Origin: Eubacteriales bacterium
Lineage (GTDB): Bacteria; Bacillota; Clostridia; Oscillospirales; CAG-272
Length of the DNA stretch: 64,000 nt
Direction: 5' to 3'
NCBI GenBank assembly: GCA_045594305.1
Contig: JAZNYH010000092.1
Location: forward strand, 3,500-67,499
The notes under the pieces: model-generated
Told to the model about the DNA's origin: nothing
What the model saw: the letters and a program-made list of their open reading frames with translations, nothing else
Database searches by the model: none
Position numbers and translations under genes: made by a program
Part shown: in pieces, positions 18,511 to 27,993 of the stretch
Position numbering within the stretch: the first letter of the stretch is position 1
How the letters are laid out: every line of letters starts with the position of its first letter

Positions 18511-19158
18511 ATGGCTTTTTTTGATGAACTTAAAGAACTCAAAGCCACGACCGACGAGGAGCAAATTGAGCTTTCCGTTCTTAAAACCCTTGTTAACAGA
18601 CACAAAAAATCATTATTAAAAAAGCACTTGGATAATGTCTATGAGGGCTTGAAGCAACAAATTAAGGATGCCTTTTTGGCAGAGCAGTTTGAGCAAAAAG
18701 ATGGCAAAAAAATAATAAGAGGTAGCTACAAATTCCATGCGTTTGCGCAGATGGACTTTGATTTTGAGCAACCGTATCCCGATGGGATAAGTGAGCAGGA
18801 TGTAGAGAAGGCGTTAAAGCACAAGGGGGTTATAAGCTCACGAGTGCGTATAGAGCCAACCTTTAACCTGACCCGGGAAAAGCCGATTTACTTTGGCTTG
18901 CGAATTAAATACGAGGGAGAGGCGTTTTTAGAGGGCGATTCCTACGACTTTTTCGACGGACTTCGCACAATGGCAAGAGAGGATAAAATAAGAATTTTGT
19001 CAATCACTGTGCCGATAATCACTATAAAAAGGCTCATAACCATTTATGACATTGATGAAAAAATCAAGTGCTCATATGTGGAGCGTGCAGAGTCGGACAG
19101 AGCACTAAACTTTAACGACACCTCGTACATAACCATTAAATACTCTATCGAGATTTGA
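18511..19158 (+). CDS. Hypothetical protein (215 aa), no family recognised
   Basis: Clean ORF with RBS AAGGAGAAG 6 nt upstream and a terminator downstream. Confidence 0.55.
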   Translation: MAFFDELKELKATTDEEQIELSVLKTLVNRHKKSLLKKHLDNVYEGLKQQIKDAFLAEQFEQKDGKKIIRGSYKFHAFAQMDFDFEQPYPDGISEQDVEKALKHKGVISSRVRIEPTFNLTREKPIYFGLRIKYEGEAFLEGDSYDFFDGLRTMAREDKIRILSITVPIITIKRLITIYDIDEKIKCSYVERAESDRALNFNDTSYITIKYSIEI

Positions 19159-19190
19159 TGACACATAGCAAAATTAGACACATACCGCAT

Positions 19191-19226
19191 AAAAAAGGGC
19201 TATCGCATGAGCGACAGCCCTTTTTG
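19191..19226. terminator. Bidirectional terminator
   Basis: Stem GGGCTATCGC / GCGACAGCCC flanked by AAAAAA and TTTTT, between convergent genes. Confidence 0.7.
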
Positions 19227-19229
19227 TAT

Positions 19230-20837
19230 TTATTCTCGCCTCCACTTTTCGCAAAGAGCCTCAATTTGACTCGTGAAGCGAGCAAGGTCCTTGTTTGCCC
19301 CGCCACGATTTTGCTCGATAACGCTCATTAGATGACGCCCTGCGGTAAGGAGTCTTTCGAACACAACGCTTGAACGCTTTTTGGTGCTTGCCATCTTAGG
19401 CGTTATACGCTTAACAAGCCCCTTTTCCACACACTCTCCCGTGCGTAAATCAAAGGAATCTCCACTAAACGGAGCAATAGCGTCATAGCCAAGTGTGGCT
19501 TTAATATCCTCTGCGAAGGCATCGCAAACGGCATCGTCACCGTGATTTACAAACACCCTTTTTGGAGAGGTGTCAAGTGCTTTTAGCCAATCAAGTAGCA
19601 TACCCTTGTCAGCGTGACCACTAATTCCCTCAATGGTAGCAATCTCTGCACGAACAGCAATATCCTCGCCAAATAGCGACACATACCTGTCCCCGTCGAC
19701 AATTTTTCTGCCGAGCGTGCCGACTGATTGATAGCCAACAAAGAGCACCGTGCACTCCCTTCGCCATAGGTTGTGCTTCAAGTGGTGGCGTATTCTGCCA
19801 GCCTCGCACATTCCCGACGCCGAGATTATAACCTTAGGGGTAACATTTTCGTTTATCGCACGAGAATCATCACTTGTCACAGCAAGGCTAAGCCCCTTAA
19901 ATTTAATAGGATCAATACCCGTGCTAAGTAGGTCAAGCGTTTCCTTGTCGTAGTAGTCAGTAAGACCACTTGAATAAATTCCTGTTGCCTCAATAGCAAG
20001 AGGGCTATCAACATAGACAGGAAAATCCCCGTGATTTTTTACCAAGCCGTCCTGCTTGATTTTTCTTATGAGATATAAAATTTCTTGTGTTCTGCCTATT
20101 GCAAACGACGGGATTATAACATTTCCACCTCTGTCAAGCGTACGCTGAATTACGCTTGTGAACTGCGATAAATAATCAGGACGCTCCCCGTGTAGCCTAT
20201 CTCCATAGGTTGACTCTATAACCACATAGTCAGCGTGTGTAGGAAGGGCAGGATTTCTAATGAGAGGACGCTCTACATTTCCAACATCACCCGAGAATAG
20301 CAGAGTTGTTTTCTTGTCACCCTCTGTTATGTGAACATAAATACTCGATGAGCCGAGCAAATGTCCTGCATCGAGAAACGAAATTGAAACTCCATCAAAA
20401 ATCTCAATCTCGGTATCATAGGGATATGACTGAAATAGGCTAAGCGATTTTTCAGCGTCAGCCATCGTATACATAGGAAGAAAGCCCTCCTTGCCTGCAC
20501 GATTGGCACGCCTTGTTTGCCATTTAGCCTCAAACTCTTGAATGTGTGCACTATCTCTTAGCATAATCTCGCATAGGCGATGAGTTGCAACAGTAGAGTA
20601 AATAGGACCGCCATAGCCACCTGCGACAAGAGCAGGGATTTTTCCCGAGTGGTCGATATGTGCGTGAGTTAGCAAAACTGCATCAACATCAATTGGCAAA
20701 ATGGGCAAATCAGCGTTTTCATAGGTGTCAACGCCCTGCTCCATACCACAATCTATAAGAATGTTTTTGCCGTTAATGTTAAGTAGCGTGCACGAGCCTG
20801 TTACCTCGTGTGACGCACCTAAAAAGGTAAGCCTCAT
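19230..20837 (-). CDS. MBL-fold metallo-hydrolase with beta-CASP domain (RNA-metabolising, CPSF/RNase J-like)
   Basis: Contains HAHIDHSG (the HxHxDH motif). The 535-aa length and beta-CASP/RMMBL-type C-terminal half (SGHAD) fit this class. Confidence 0.8.
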   Translation of the reverse strand: MRLTFLGASHEVTGSCTLLNINGKNILIDCGMEQGVDTYENADLPILPIDVDAVLLTHAHIDHSGKIPALVAGGYGGPIYSTVATHRLCEIMLRDSAHIQEFEAKWQTRRANRAGKEGFLPMYTMADAEKSLSLFQSYPYDTEIEIFDGVSISFLDAGHLLGSSSIYVHITEGDKKTTLLFSGDVGNVERPLIRNPALPTHADYVVIESTYGDRLHGERPDYLSQFTSVIQRTLDRGGNVIIPSFAIGRTQEILYLIRKIKQDGLVKNHGDFPVYVDSPLAIEATGIYSSGLTDYYDKETLDLLSTGIDPIKFKGLSLAVTSDDSRAINENVTPKVIISASGMCEAGRIRHHLKHNLWRRECTVLFVGYQSVGTLGRKIVDGDRYVSLFGEDIAVRAEIATIEGISGHADKGMLLDWLKALDTSPKRVFVNHGDDAVCDAFAEDIKATLGYDAIAPFSGDSFDLRTGECVEKGLVKRITPKMASTKKRSSVVFERLLTAGRHLMSVIEQNRGGANKDLARFTSQIEALCEKWRRE

Positions 20838-20981
20838 AAAAATACCCCCTTACAATTTCCTCTATATATATTTTATCACCTTTTTTAGCATTTGTAAACA
20901 TTTTTGACAACATAAGAAATGTTGACATATTAAACAATGTGTGCTACAATTAAATTGTATATTTGTGAAAGGAGAATGCTT

Positions 20982-21800
20982 ATGGACGAAAATCAAGAAT
21001 ATACAGCCCCGGAGTCAGGCTCAGAGCCAATTCCACAGGACGCACCTGTAACAGATGAAGCTCCAAGCACACCAAAGCCAGAGATGGCATCAAGCTGTGA
21101 CTATGTGGTAATGGCCTCGGGACTTACAAAGCTATATGGTGGCTTTGTTGCACTTAACGGACTTAACATAACAATTCCAAGGGGCAGAATAATAGGACTT
21201 CTTGGCCCTAATGGAAGTGGAAAAACAACCTTTATAAAAATACTTGCAGGACTTCTTACAAGAGATGCAGGAGCAGTTACAATTTGTGGCTATGAGCCAG
21301 GAATTCAAACAAAGTCGCTTGTTTCATACCTGCCAGAAAGAACCTATCTTAGCTCGTGGAAGAGCGTTCGTGAATGTCTTGATTATTTCCAAGACTTCTA
21401 CGCTGATTTCGACAGAGAAAAGGCAGAAAAGATGCTTACTGACCTTAGCATAGATATAAACGCTAAGATGAGAACGCTTTCAAAGGGAACAAAGGAAAAG
21501 GTTCAGCTCATACTCGTAATGGCGAGAAGAGCACAGCTATATCTGCTTGACGAGCCAATCGCAGGAGTAGATCCCGCTGCACGAGAGTATATAATCGAAA
21601 CAATCATAAAGCACCATAACGAGGGGGCTACGGTTATTATCTCAACCCACCTTATTATGGATGTCGAAAAGGCTCTTGACGATTATTTGTTTATCTATAA
21701 CGGACAAATCTTTGAGGCAGGCAACGCTAAGACAATCCTTCAAGACAAGGGTAAAACCCTTGATGCTCATTTTAGGGAGGTGTTTAGATATGCTTGGTAA
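20982..21800 (+). CDS. ABC transporter ATP-binding protein
   Basis: Walker A GPNGSGKTT, signature LSKGTKEKV, Walker B LYLLDEP. The ATG at 20982 lies 7 nt after GGAG. Confidence 0.85.
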   Translation: MDENQEYTAPESGSEPIPQDAPVTDEAPSTPKPEMASSCDYVVMASGLTKLYGGFVALNGLNITIPRGRIIGLLGPNGSGKTTFIKILAGLLTRDAGAVTICGYEPGIQTKSLVSYLPERTYLSSWKSVRECLDYFQDFYADFDREKAEKMLTDLSIDINAKMRTLSKGTKEKVQLILVMARRAQLYLLDEPIAGVDPAAREYIIETIIKHHNEGATVIISTHLIMDVEKALDDYLFIYNGQIFEAGNAKTILQDKGKTLDAHFREVFRYAW

Positions 21801-22617
21801 GCTCTTTAAGCACGATTTTAAGAGCACAATGCGCTTTGGAATACCAATGCTAATAGCTATTGCAGCGGTTTGTGTTGCAGGCTCTGCAAACGCACCCTTT
21901 ATGATAAGCCTCATGTCGCAGACTGAGACGAGTACGGGAATAGTTATTCTTTCGCTTTTGTCGTTCTTCCTTGAAATGCTAGTTGTAATAGCACTTACTG
22001 CAATTCCTACAATTATATTAGTAATAGTGCTAATAGACTACTATAAGTCAACAGTATCAGATGAGGCGTATCTCACCTTTACCCTACCCGTAACACCAAC
22101 GCAAATTCTTGTATCAAAGCTTCTTAACGCAGTTCTTTGGAGTGCGATAATGACAGTAGCGAGCGTTATAGCAGGTATTCTTATCAGCTTCTTTACAACG
22201 CTTGCAGAGGAAGCTTTCTATCCAAGCGACGGCTATGAGGAGAGCGTAGAAGGAATAGGATATTCAGGTGCAGGTGCTATGATTGTCCTACTTATTGCAT
22301 ACGCAGCGGTTACTGTGGTTGTTCAAATTCTTATGTACTTTATGGCAATTAGCTTCTCATCATCTATAACAAGAAAGAACAAGGGGCTTGCAGCCATCGG
22401 CTTTGCGTTTATCGCAAACACCATTTATGGAGTGGTCAACTATATAATCATTATCGTAGCGGTTATAATCGGCGTGGTCGCAGGAATAGAGGTTGATAAT
22501 CCATTTGTCGTTATTAACACAACCCTTGCGATTATGACAGCCGCATCAATCGGCTTTGGCGTGCTATTCTTCTTCCTCACAAGGAGAATACTCGAAAGAA
22601 AGCTCAATCTATCATAA
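21790..22617 (+). CDS. ABC-2 type transporter permease (multi-pass membrane protein)
   Basis: The start overlaps the ATPase stop. It has 6 or more hydrophobic segments and begins MLGKLFKHDFKST, as many ABC-2 permeases do. Confidence 0.7.
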   Translation: MLGKLFKHDFKSTMRFGIPMLIAIAAVCVAGSANAPFMISLMSQTETSTGIVILSLLSFFLEMLVVIALTAIPTIILVIVLIDYYKSTVSDEAYLTFTLPVTPTQILVSKLLNAVLWSAIMTVASVIAGILISFFTTLAEEAFYPSDGYEESVEGIGYSGAGAMIVLLIAYAAVTVVVQILMYFMAISFSSSITRKNKGLAAIGFAFIANTIYGVVNYIIIIVAVIIGVVAGIEVDNPFVVINTTLAIMTAASIGFGVLFFFLTRRILERKLNLS

Positions 22618-22621
22618 GACT

Positions 22622-22654
22622 AAGAGGTCTTGCTATGCAGGACCTCTTTTTTTT
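22622..22654 (+). terminator. Intrinsic terminator after the ABC operon
   Basis: Stem AGAGGTC / GACCTCT followed by T8. Confidence 0.75.
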
Positions 22655-22785
22655 GAGAATTTTGAGAATTTTTTCGAAAAAGCTTCCATATTATATAAGT
22701 ATATATATAATATAGTTTTTTGTCGTATATGCACAAAAAGGTTTCGTGAAAAAATGACTTTTTATAAAAAATTAACAAAAACCTC

Positions 22786-22814
22786 TTTACAAATCGACAA
22801 AATTCTGCTATAAT
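22786..22814 (+). promoter_or_regulatory. Extended -10 promoter for yegP
   Basis: TTTACA, 17-nt spacer, TGcTATAAT. Confidence 0.6.
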
Positions 22815-22926
22815 AAAGACAGAAAGAAGAGCCAACCAAATTGAGTCAAGTAGAAGCAAGACCTAACAAGGTCAAGTGGCGCTGGTGGACTAATAGATGA
22901 GGTGGCAGAAAACGAGGTACGGACCA

Positions 22927-23322
22927 ATGGGTACATTTATTATTAAGAAAACACCGAGTGGAAAATATAATTTTTCCTTGCTCGCTGCTAATAAAGAGAA
23001 AATAGCAGTTTCATCACAAATTTATTCAAGCAAGGCGTCATGCAAGCAGGGAATGGATAGCATTGCAAGAAACGCCAAGAAATGCATTGATGAGGGTAGA
23101 ATAGAGGATCAAACCCTCAAAACACCAACCGAGCAGAAATGTCCAAAGTTCGAAATATATTTTGATAAGGCAGGTCTTTACCGTTATAGATTAATAGCTA
23201 CAAACGGGGAAAGCATAGCAATGAGCGAAGACGGATATAAATCTAAGAGCGGTTGTTTAAATGGAATCAAAAGCGTTAGCGTAAATGCACCAAACGCTGA
23301 GATAATAGACGAAACGGTATAA
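22927..23322 (+). CDS. yegP: YegP family protein (two DUF1508 repeats)
   Basis: The module F.....G.Y.F.L.A.N.E.IA.S..Y.SK..C..GI.S occurs twice. Confidence 0.8.
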   Translation: MGTFIIKKTPSGKYNFSLLAANKEKIAVSSQIYSSKASCKQGMDSIARNAKKCIDEGRIEDQTLKTPTEQKCPKFEIYFDKAGLYRYRLIATNGESIAMSEDGYKSKSGCLNGIKSVSVNAPNAEIIDETV

Positions 23323-23360
23323 TCCCGAAGACGAAAGGAAACGAGGGGATAGGAAAAATT

Positions 23361-23523
23361 GGAGGATAGACCAATGTACTGATTAGCTCATAGGCAATCA
23401 ACCCACAAAAGAGGATAAACCAATGTACTAATTTACAAAGCATACAAATTTCATAAAGCAAAAAGCAAAATTCATAAGCAAATTAGTTAGGTAAATCTAA
23501 GAGGGTATGGACCAATGTACTAA
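23361..23523 (+). repeat. Three dispersed direct repeats GAGGrTAnrACCAATGTACTrA (SD plus ATG-TAC-stop) in the yegP 3' region
   Basis: Copies lie at 23361-23382, 23411-23431 and 23501-23523. All resemble the yegP translation initiation region GAGGTACGGACCAATGGGTAC (22914-22934). Confidence 0.75.
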
Positions 23524-23559
23524 AAGGTAACCCCGAGTAAAAATTGAATAGTTATAAGG

Positions 23560-23585
23560 CAGGCTATCATAGATAGCCTGTTTTT
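23560..23585 (+). terminator. Intrinsic terminator ending the yegP transcript
   Basis: Stem CAGGCTATC / GATAGCCTG with loop ATA, followed by TTTTT. Confidence 0.7.
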
Positions 23586-23644
23586 GTTGACTTTTATGAT
23601 ATATAGTGATAAAATGTTCTTATAAAGGACATTAAGGAGCTATT

Positions 23645-24103
23645 ATGAGAATAATGTTTGTTTGCCACGGGAATATATGTAGAAGCCCAATGGCAGAGTT
23701 TATTTTTAAAAGAATGCTTGAAAAGGCAGAGCTTGGCTACTATGTAGCGTCGAGTGCTACAAGCGATGAGGAGATTGGCTACGACGGAGTAGGAAATCCC
23801 GTGTATCCACCTGCTAAAAAAGTTTTGGAGGAGCACGGAATTGATTGCTCACAAAAGCGTGCCGTTCGACTAAGAAAAGACGATTATAACGATTACGACT
23901 ACTTTGTAGGAATGGATACGGCAAATATAAGAAATATGAGCTTGCTTTTTGATGGAGATCCAGAAAACAAGGTAATAAAGCTGAATGAGCAGGATGTGGC
24001 AGACCCTTGGTATACAGGCGACTTTGAAAAGGCGTTTCGTGAGATACGAGAGGGCTGTATGGAGCTTTTAAAAAGACTTATTGTTGAGGAGTGTGCAACA
24101 TGA
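23645..24103 (+). CDS. Low-molecular-weight protein-tyrosine phosphatase
   Basis: P-loop VCHGNICRSPMAE at residues 6-18 and a DP motif (VADPWY) near the C-terminus. Confidence 0.9.
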   Translation: MRIMFVCHGNICRSPMAEFIFKRMLEKAELGYYVASSATSDEEIGYDGVGNPVYPPAKKVLEEHGIDCSQKRAVRLRKDDYNDYDYFVGMDTANIRNMSLLFDGDPENKVIKLNEQDVADPWYTGDFEKAFREIREGCMELLKRLIVEECAT

Positions 24104-25017
24104 AAATCAAAAGAAGCATAAGCTATGTGATTTTGGGTGGTGTTTATTTGCTCGCAGGAGTAGCGGGCGTGCTCACCTACATAGCACTTGACCACCTTGG
24201 AGTGTGGCTTGCCCTGCTTATTGCTGATGTGGTTGCAACCCTTGTCACCTTTGTATTCAGCGTTATTTTCAAAAACGCATCAGTTTACGATCCGTATTGG
24301 AGCGTTGCTCCACTTGTTATAGTGCTTGGCTTTGCCATAGTGCACGGGCTAAATCTTGCCTCGACGCTTCTTTTGGTGGTTATTGCAATATGGTCGCTGA
24401 GGCTTACTGCAAATTGGGCATACACCTTCCACGGAATGGAGCATCAGGATTGGCGATACACTATGCTGTGTGAGAAAACACGCTATTTTTATCCAATTGT
24501 AAACTTAATAGGTATTCATCTTGTACCAACGCTTGTTGTGTATCTTTGCATAATGCCTGCCGTTTTGCTTGTTCAATCAGGAGCACCAATTAGGCTTGTA
24601 TCAATAGCACCGCTTCTTTTGAGCGTGCTTGGAATAGTGCTTGAATTTGTTGCAGATATTCAAATGCACATATATAGAAAAAACAGAACAGAGCCATTTA
24701 TAAGATTTGGTATATGGAAGCACTCACGCCATCCAAACTACCTTGGCGAGATACTTATGTGGTGGGGAGTTGCTCTTTATTGCATTTCCGTTATTCCAAG
24801 CCTTTGGTATCTTTACATAGGTGCGATTGCAAATACTATTCTTTTCTTGCTTGTCAGCATACCTCTTGCAGATGGCAGACAATCAAAGAAGGAGGGCTAT
24901 GAGCAATACGAGGCAGAAACAAACTCGCTTATGCCATTTAAAAGGGTTGACACAAAAAGGCGTAAGGCTAAGCCAAAAGAGGAAACCGAAAACGAGGTAG
25001 AGGCAGATGTCAAGTAA
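24100..25017 (+). CDS. DUF1295 / steroid 5-alpha-reductase-like membrane protein
   Basis: Multi-pass membrane protein with the HSRHPNYLGEILMWWG motif. ATGA overlap with the upstream gene. Confidence 0.75.
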   Translation: MKIKRSISYVILGGVYLLAGVAGVLTYIALDHLGVWLALLIADVVATLVTFVFSVIFKNASVYDPYWSVAPLVIVLGFAIVHGLNLASTLLLVVIAIWSLRLTANWAYTFHGMEHQDWRYTMLCEKTRYFYPIVNLIGIHLVPTLVVYLCIMPAVLLVQSGAPIRLVSIAPLLLSVLGIVLEFVADIQMHIYRKNRTEPFIRFGIWKHSRHPNYLGEILMWWGVALYCISVIPSLWYLYIGAIANTILFLLVSIPLADGRQSKKEGYEQYEAETNSLMPFKRVDTKRRKAKPKEETENEVEADVK

Positions 25018-27952
25018 TAAAAGAGGAAAATTTTACCTTGCCCTTGTTATATTTAGCCTTATAGGTCAAATTGCATGGGTTGTAGAGAATATGTACTTTA
25101 ATGTATTCATCTACAAGATGTTTGGCGCTATGCCCTCGGATATTGCCCTTATGGTGTCTGCGAGTGCAATTAGTGCCACGCTTACCACAATTTTGATAGG
25201 AGCGCTCAGCGATAAGCTCGGCAAAAGAAAGGTATTTATTTGTGGTGGCTATATTCTTTGGGGACTATCAATTTTGTCCTTTGCATTCATTCGAGAGGAC
25301 ATAATTGGAAAAATATTCCCAGCCGTGTCAGCGTCTGCTATATGCATAACACTTGTAATAGTTATGGATTGCGTTATGACCTTCTTTGGTTCAAGTGCAA
25401 ACGATGCCTGCTTTAATGCGTGGCTCACCGATGTAACAACCGAAAAGGATAGAGGCAGGGCAGAGGGAATTAACTCAATGATGCCACTTGTCGCAATCCT
25501 TTGCGTGTTTGGTGGCTTTATGAGCCTTGACCAATCAAAAAGCCAAAGCTGGACTATAATTTTTGTAGTAATCGGCGTATTTGTTACTATAATAGGCGTG
25601 CTCGGTATATTCTTAATTAACGAGCCGAAAATCGAAACAAGCGAAAATCAAGCCTACTTTAAAAATATTTTATATGGCTTCCGCCCAAGCGTTATAAAGC
25701 AAAGCCCAAGGCTTTATTTGCTTCTTGTAGCGTTTGCAATCTTTGGAATATCAATCCAAATCTTTATGCCATATCTTATAATATATTACGAAAAAACTCT
25801 TCAAATGAGCGACTATGTGTTTATAATGGCACCTGCCATTATCCTTGCGTCAGTATTTACCGCACTTTGGGGCAAGGCATACGATAAATTCGGCTTTAAT
25901 CGCTCAGCTACCGTTTCCCTCGCTCTGCTTGGCGTGGGCTACCTTGTGCTTGTTTTGTCAAGAGAAAAGGCACTCGTGTTTATAGGCTCACTTCTTATGA
26001 TGTGTGGATACCTTTCGGGAATGGCAGTTTTTGGAGCGTCAATTCGTGACAACACACCTAAAAACCGCTCGGGAATGTTCCAAGGACTTCGAATAGTCGC
26101 ACAGGTTCTAATCCCTGGCGTTGTTGGACCTATGATAGGCGAGGCAATTCTTGCAAAAGACGCTGTGCTTGTCGAAAATAGCGATGGTACAACCTCATTT
26201 TTACCAAACGAGGGAATATTTGTAGGCGCACTTGTCGTTCTTTTTGTGCTTGCGGTGTTCCTTGTTATTTCACTTATGCTTTTTTCAAGGCTAAAAAAAC
26301 CAACCCTTCGCACCCTTTACACCGAGCAGGGACAGAGCCTTGACTCCCACGCTTGGGATGAATACCCTCGCCCACAGCTCAAAAGAGAGAGCTATGTGTG
26401 TCTAAATGGCGAGTGGACGCTCTTGTATGGCGATAAGAGTGAAAAAATCCTCGTGCCGTTCCCACCCGAGAGCGTGCTATCAGGCATAGGACATAGCGTC
26501 GGCGAGGATTTTGAGTATAAAAGAGCTCTATCTCTTGCCACAGAGCAGGGCAAGCGAGCATTGCTTCATTTTGGAGCAATAGACCAAGAGGCTAAGATAT
26601 ATATAAACGATACGCTTGTGTGTGAAAATAACGACACATATCTGCCAATAACAGTAGATATAACCGACCACCTAACAGGTAAAGAGGACACTCTAAGAGT
26701 GGTAGTGCACGATAGCACAAGCACCACCTACCCCTACGGAAAGCAGAAAATCAAGCGTGGTGGAATGTGGTATACGCCAATTAGTGGAATATGGCAGAGC
26801 GTATGGCTCGAGGTCGTGCCAGAGCAGTATGTTAAGTCACTTAAAATTGACACGACACAAAATAGCGTAAAAATTTGTGCCGAGGGCATTAGTGATGGTA
26901 AAATCACGCTCGATAACGGAAAAGAGTACGAAATGTGTGACGGAGTGTGCGAATTTACCATTGAAAGCCCCATAAAATGGTCGCCCGAAAGCCCACACCT
27001 TTACTACTTCACCCTTAAAGCAGGAGAGGACGAGGTAAAATCCTACTTCGCACTTCGTACGCTTGATATAAGAGAGGTTGATGGCGTTGCCCGTCTTTGC
27101 CTAAATGGTAAGCCATATTTCTTCCACGGTCTGCTCGACCAAGGCTATTTTAGTGACGGAATATACACACCCGCCTCGCCCACTTGCCTTGAAAATGATG
27201 TTTTGCAAATGAAGGCACTTGGCTTTAACACCCTAAGAAAGCACATAAAAATAGAGCACGAGCTGTTCTATTACTACTGTGACCTTCACGGAATGGTTGT
27301 TTTTCAGGATATGGTAAACAACTCGGAGTATAGCTTTATTCGTGACACAGCTCTGCCGACGATTGGTATGAGGAAGAGAAACGATACAAGGGGAAATGCT
27401 CAGCACAAAGAGGTGTTTGAAAGACATATGAGAGGCGTGGTTGACACGCTTTACAATCACCCCTGCATCTGCTATTGGACAATCTTTAATGAGGGCTGGG
27501 GACAAAGCCACTCGCAAAAAATGTACGAGCTTTTAAAAACGCTTGACACCTCACGCTTTATCGACACAGCCTCGGGCTGGTTCAAGGGGGCAGATAGCGA
27601 TGTAGAGAGCGAGCATATCTACTTTAAGCGAGTAAAATTAAAGCCGAGCGAAAGACCAATCGTTCTAAGTGAATTTGGTGGATACTCCTGCAAGATAGAG
27701 AACCATTCGTTCAATCTTGACAAGACCTATGGCTATCGCTTCTTTGAAAGGCAAGAGGACTTCGAAAACGCACTCGAACGCCTCTACCTTGATGAAATCG
27801 CACCACTTATCAAAAACGGACTTTGTGGAGCAATATACACACAGCTCAGCGATGTCGAGGACGAAACAAACGGACTTGTCACCTATGACCGAAGAGCTAC
27901 CAAGGTAACCCCCGAGCGAATGCTCGCTATCGCAGAGGCACTCAAAATATAA
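25007..27952 (+). CDS. Fusion protein: 12-TM MFS transporter (N-terminal, about 440 aa) plus glycoside hydrolase family 2 (C-terminal, about 540 aa)
   Basis: One uninterrupted 981-codon ORF with 12 hydrophobic segments. It then continues YPRPQLKRESY..LNGEW, sugar-binding and Ig-like regions, and a TIM barrel with NHPCICYWTIFNEGWG and SEFGG. Confidence 0.8.
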   Translation: MSSNKRGKFYLALVIFSLIGQIAWVVENMYFNVFIYKMFGAMPSDIALMVSASAISATLTTILIGALSDKLGKRKVFICGGYILWGLSILSFAFIREDIIGKIFPAVSASAICITLVIVMDCVMTFFGSSANDACFNAWLTDVTTEKDRGRAEGINSMMPLVAILCVFGGFMSLDQSKSQSWTIIFVVIGVFVTIIGVLGIFLINEPKIETSENQAYFKNILYGFRPSVIKQSPRLYLLLVAFAIFGISIQIFMPYLIIYYEKTLQMSDYVFIMAPAIILASVFTALWGKAYDKFGFNRSATVSLALLGVGYLVLVLSREKALVFIGSLLMMCGYLSGMAVFGASIRDNTPKNRSGMFQGLRIVAQVLIPGVVGPMIGEAILAKDAVLVENSDGTTSFLPNEGIFVGALVVLFVLAVFLVISLMLFSRLKKPTLRTLYTEQGQSLDSHAWDEYPRPQLKRESYVCLNGEWTLLYGDKSEKILVPFPPESVLSGIGHSVGEDFEYKRALSLATEQGKRALLHFGAIDQEAKIYINDTLVCENNDTYLPITVDITDHLTGKEDTLRVVVHDSTSTTYPYGKQKIKRGGMWYTPISGIWQSVWLEVVPEQYVKSLKIDTTQNSVKICAEGISDGKITLDNGKEYEMCDGVCEFTIESPIKWSPESPHLYYFTLKAGEDEVKSYFALRTLDIREVDGVARLCLNGKPYFFHGLLDQGYFSDGIYTPASPTCLENDVLQMKALGFNTLRKHIKIEHELFYYYCDLHGMVVFQDMVNNSEYSFIRDTALPTIGMRKRNDTRGNAQHKEVFERHMRGVVDTLYNHPCICYWTIFNEGWGQSHSQKMYELLKTLDTSRFIDTASGWFKGADSDVESEHIYFKRVKLKPSERPIVLSEFGGYSCKIENHSFNLDKTYGYRFFERQEDFENALERLYLDEIAPLIKNGLCGAIYTQLSDVEDETNGLVTYDRRATKVTPERMLAIAEALKI

Positions 27953-27956
27953 AATA

Positions 27957-27987
27957 AAGGGCTGTCGAATTAACGACAGCCTTTTTT
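27957..27987. terminator. Bidirectional terminator
   Basis: Stem GGCTGTCG / CGACAGCC with loop AATTAA, flanked by A- and T-runs. Confidence 0.75.
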
Positions 27988-27993
27988 ATTTAG

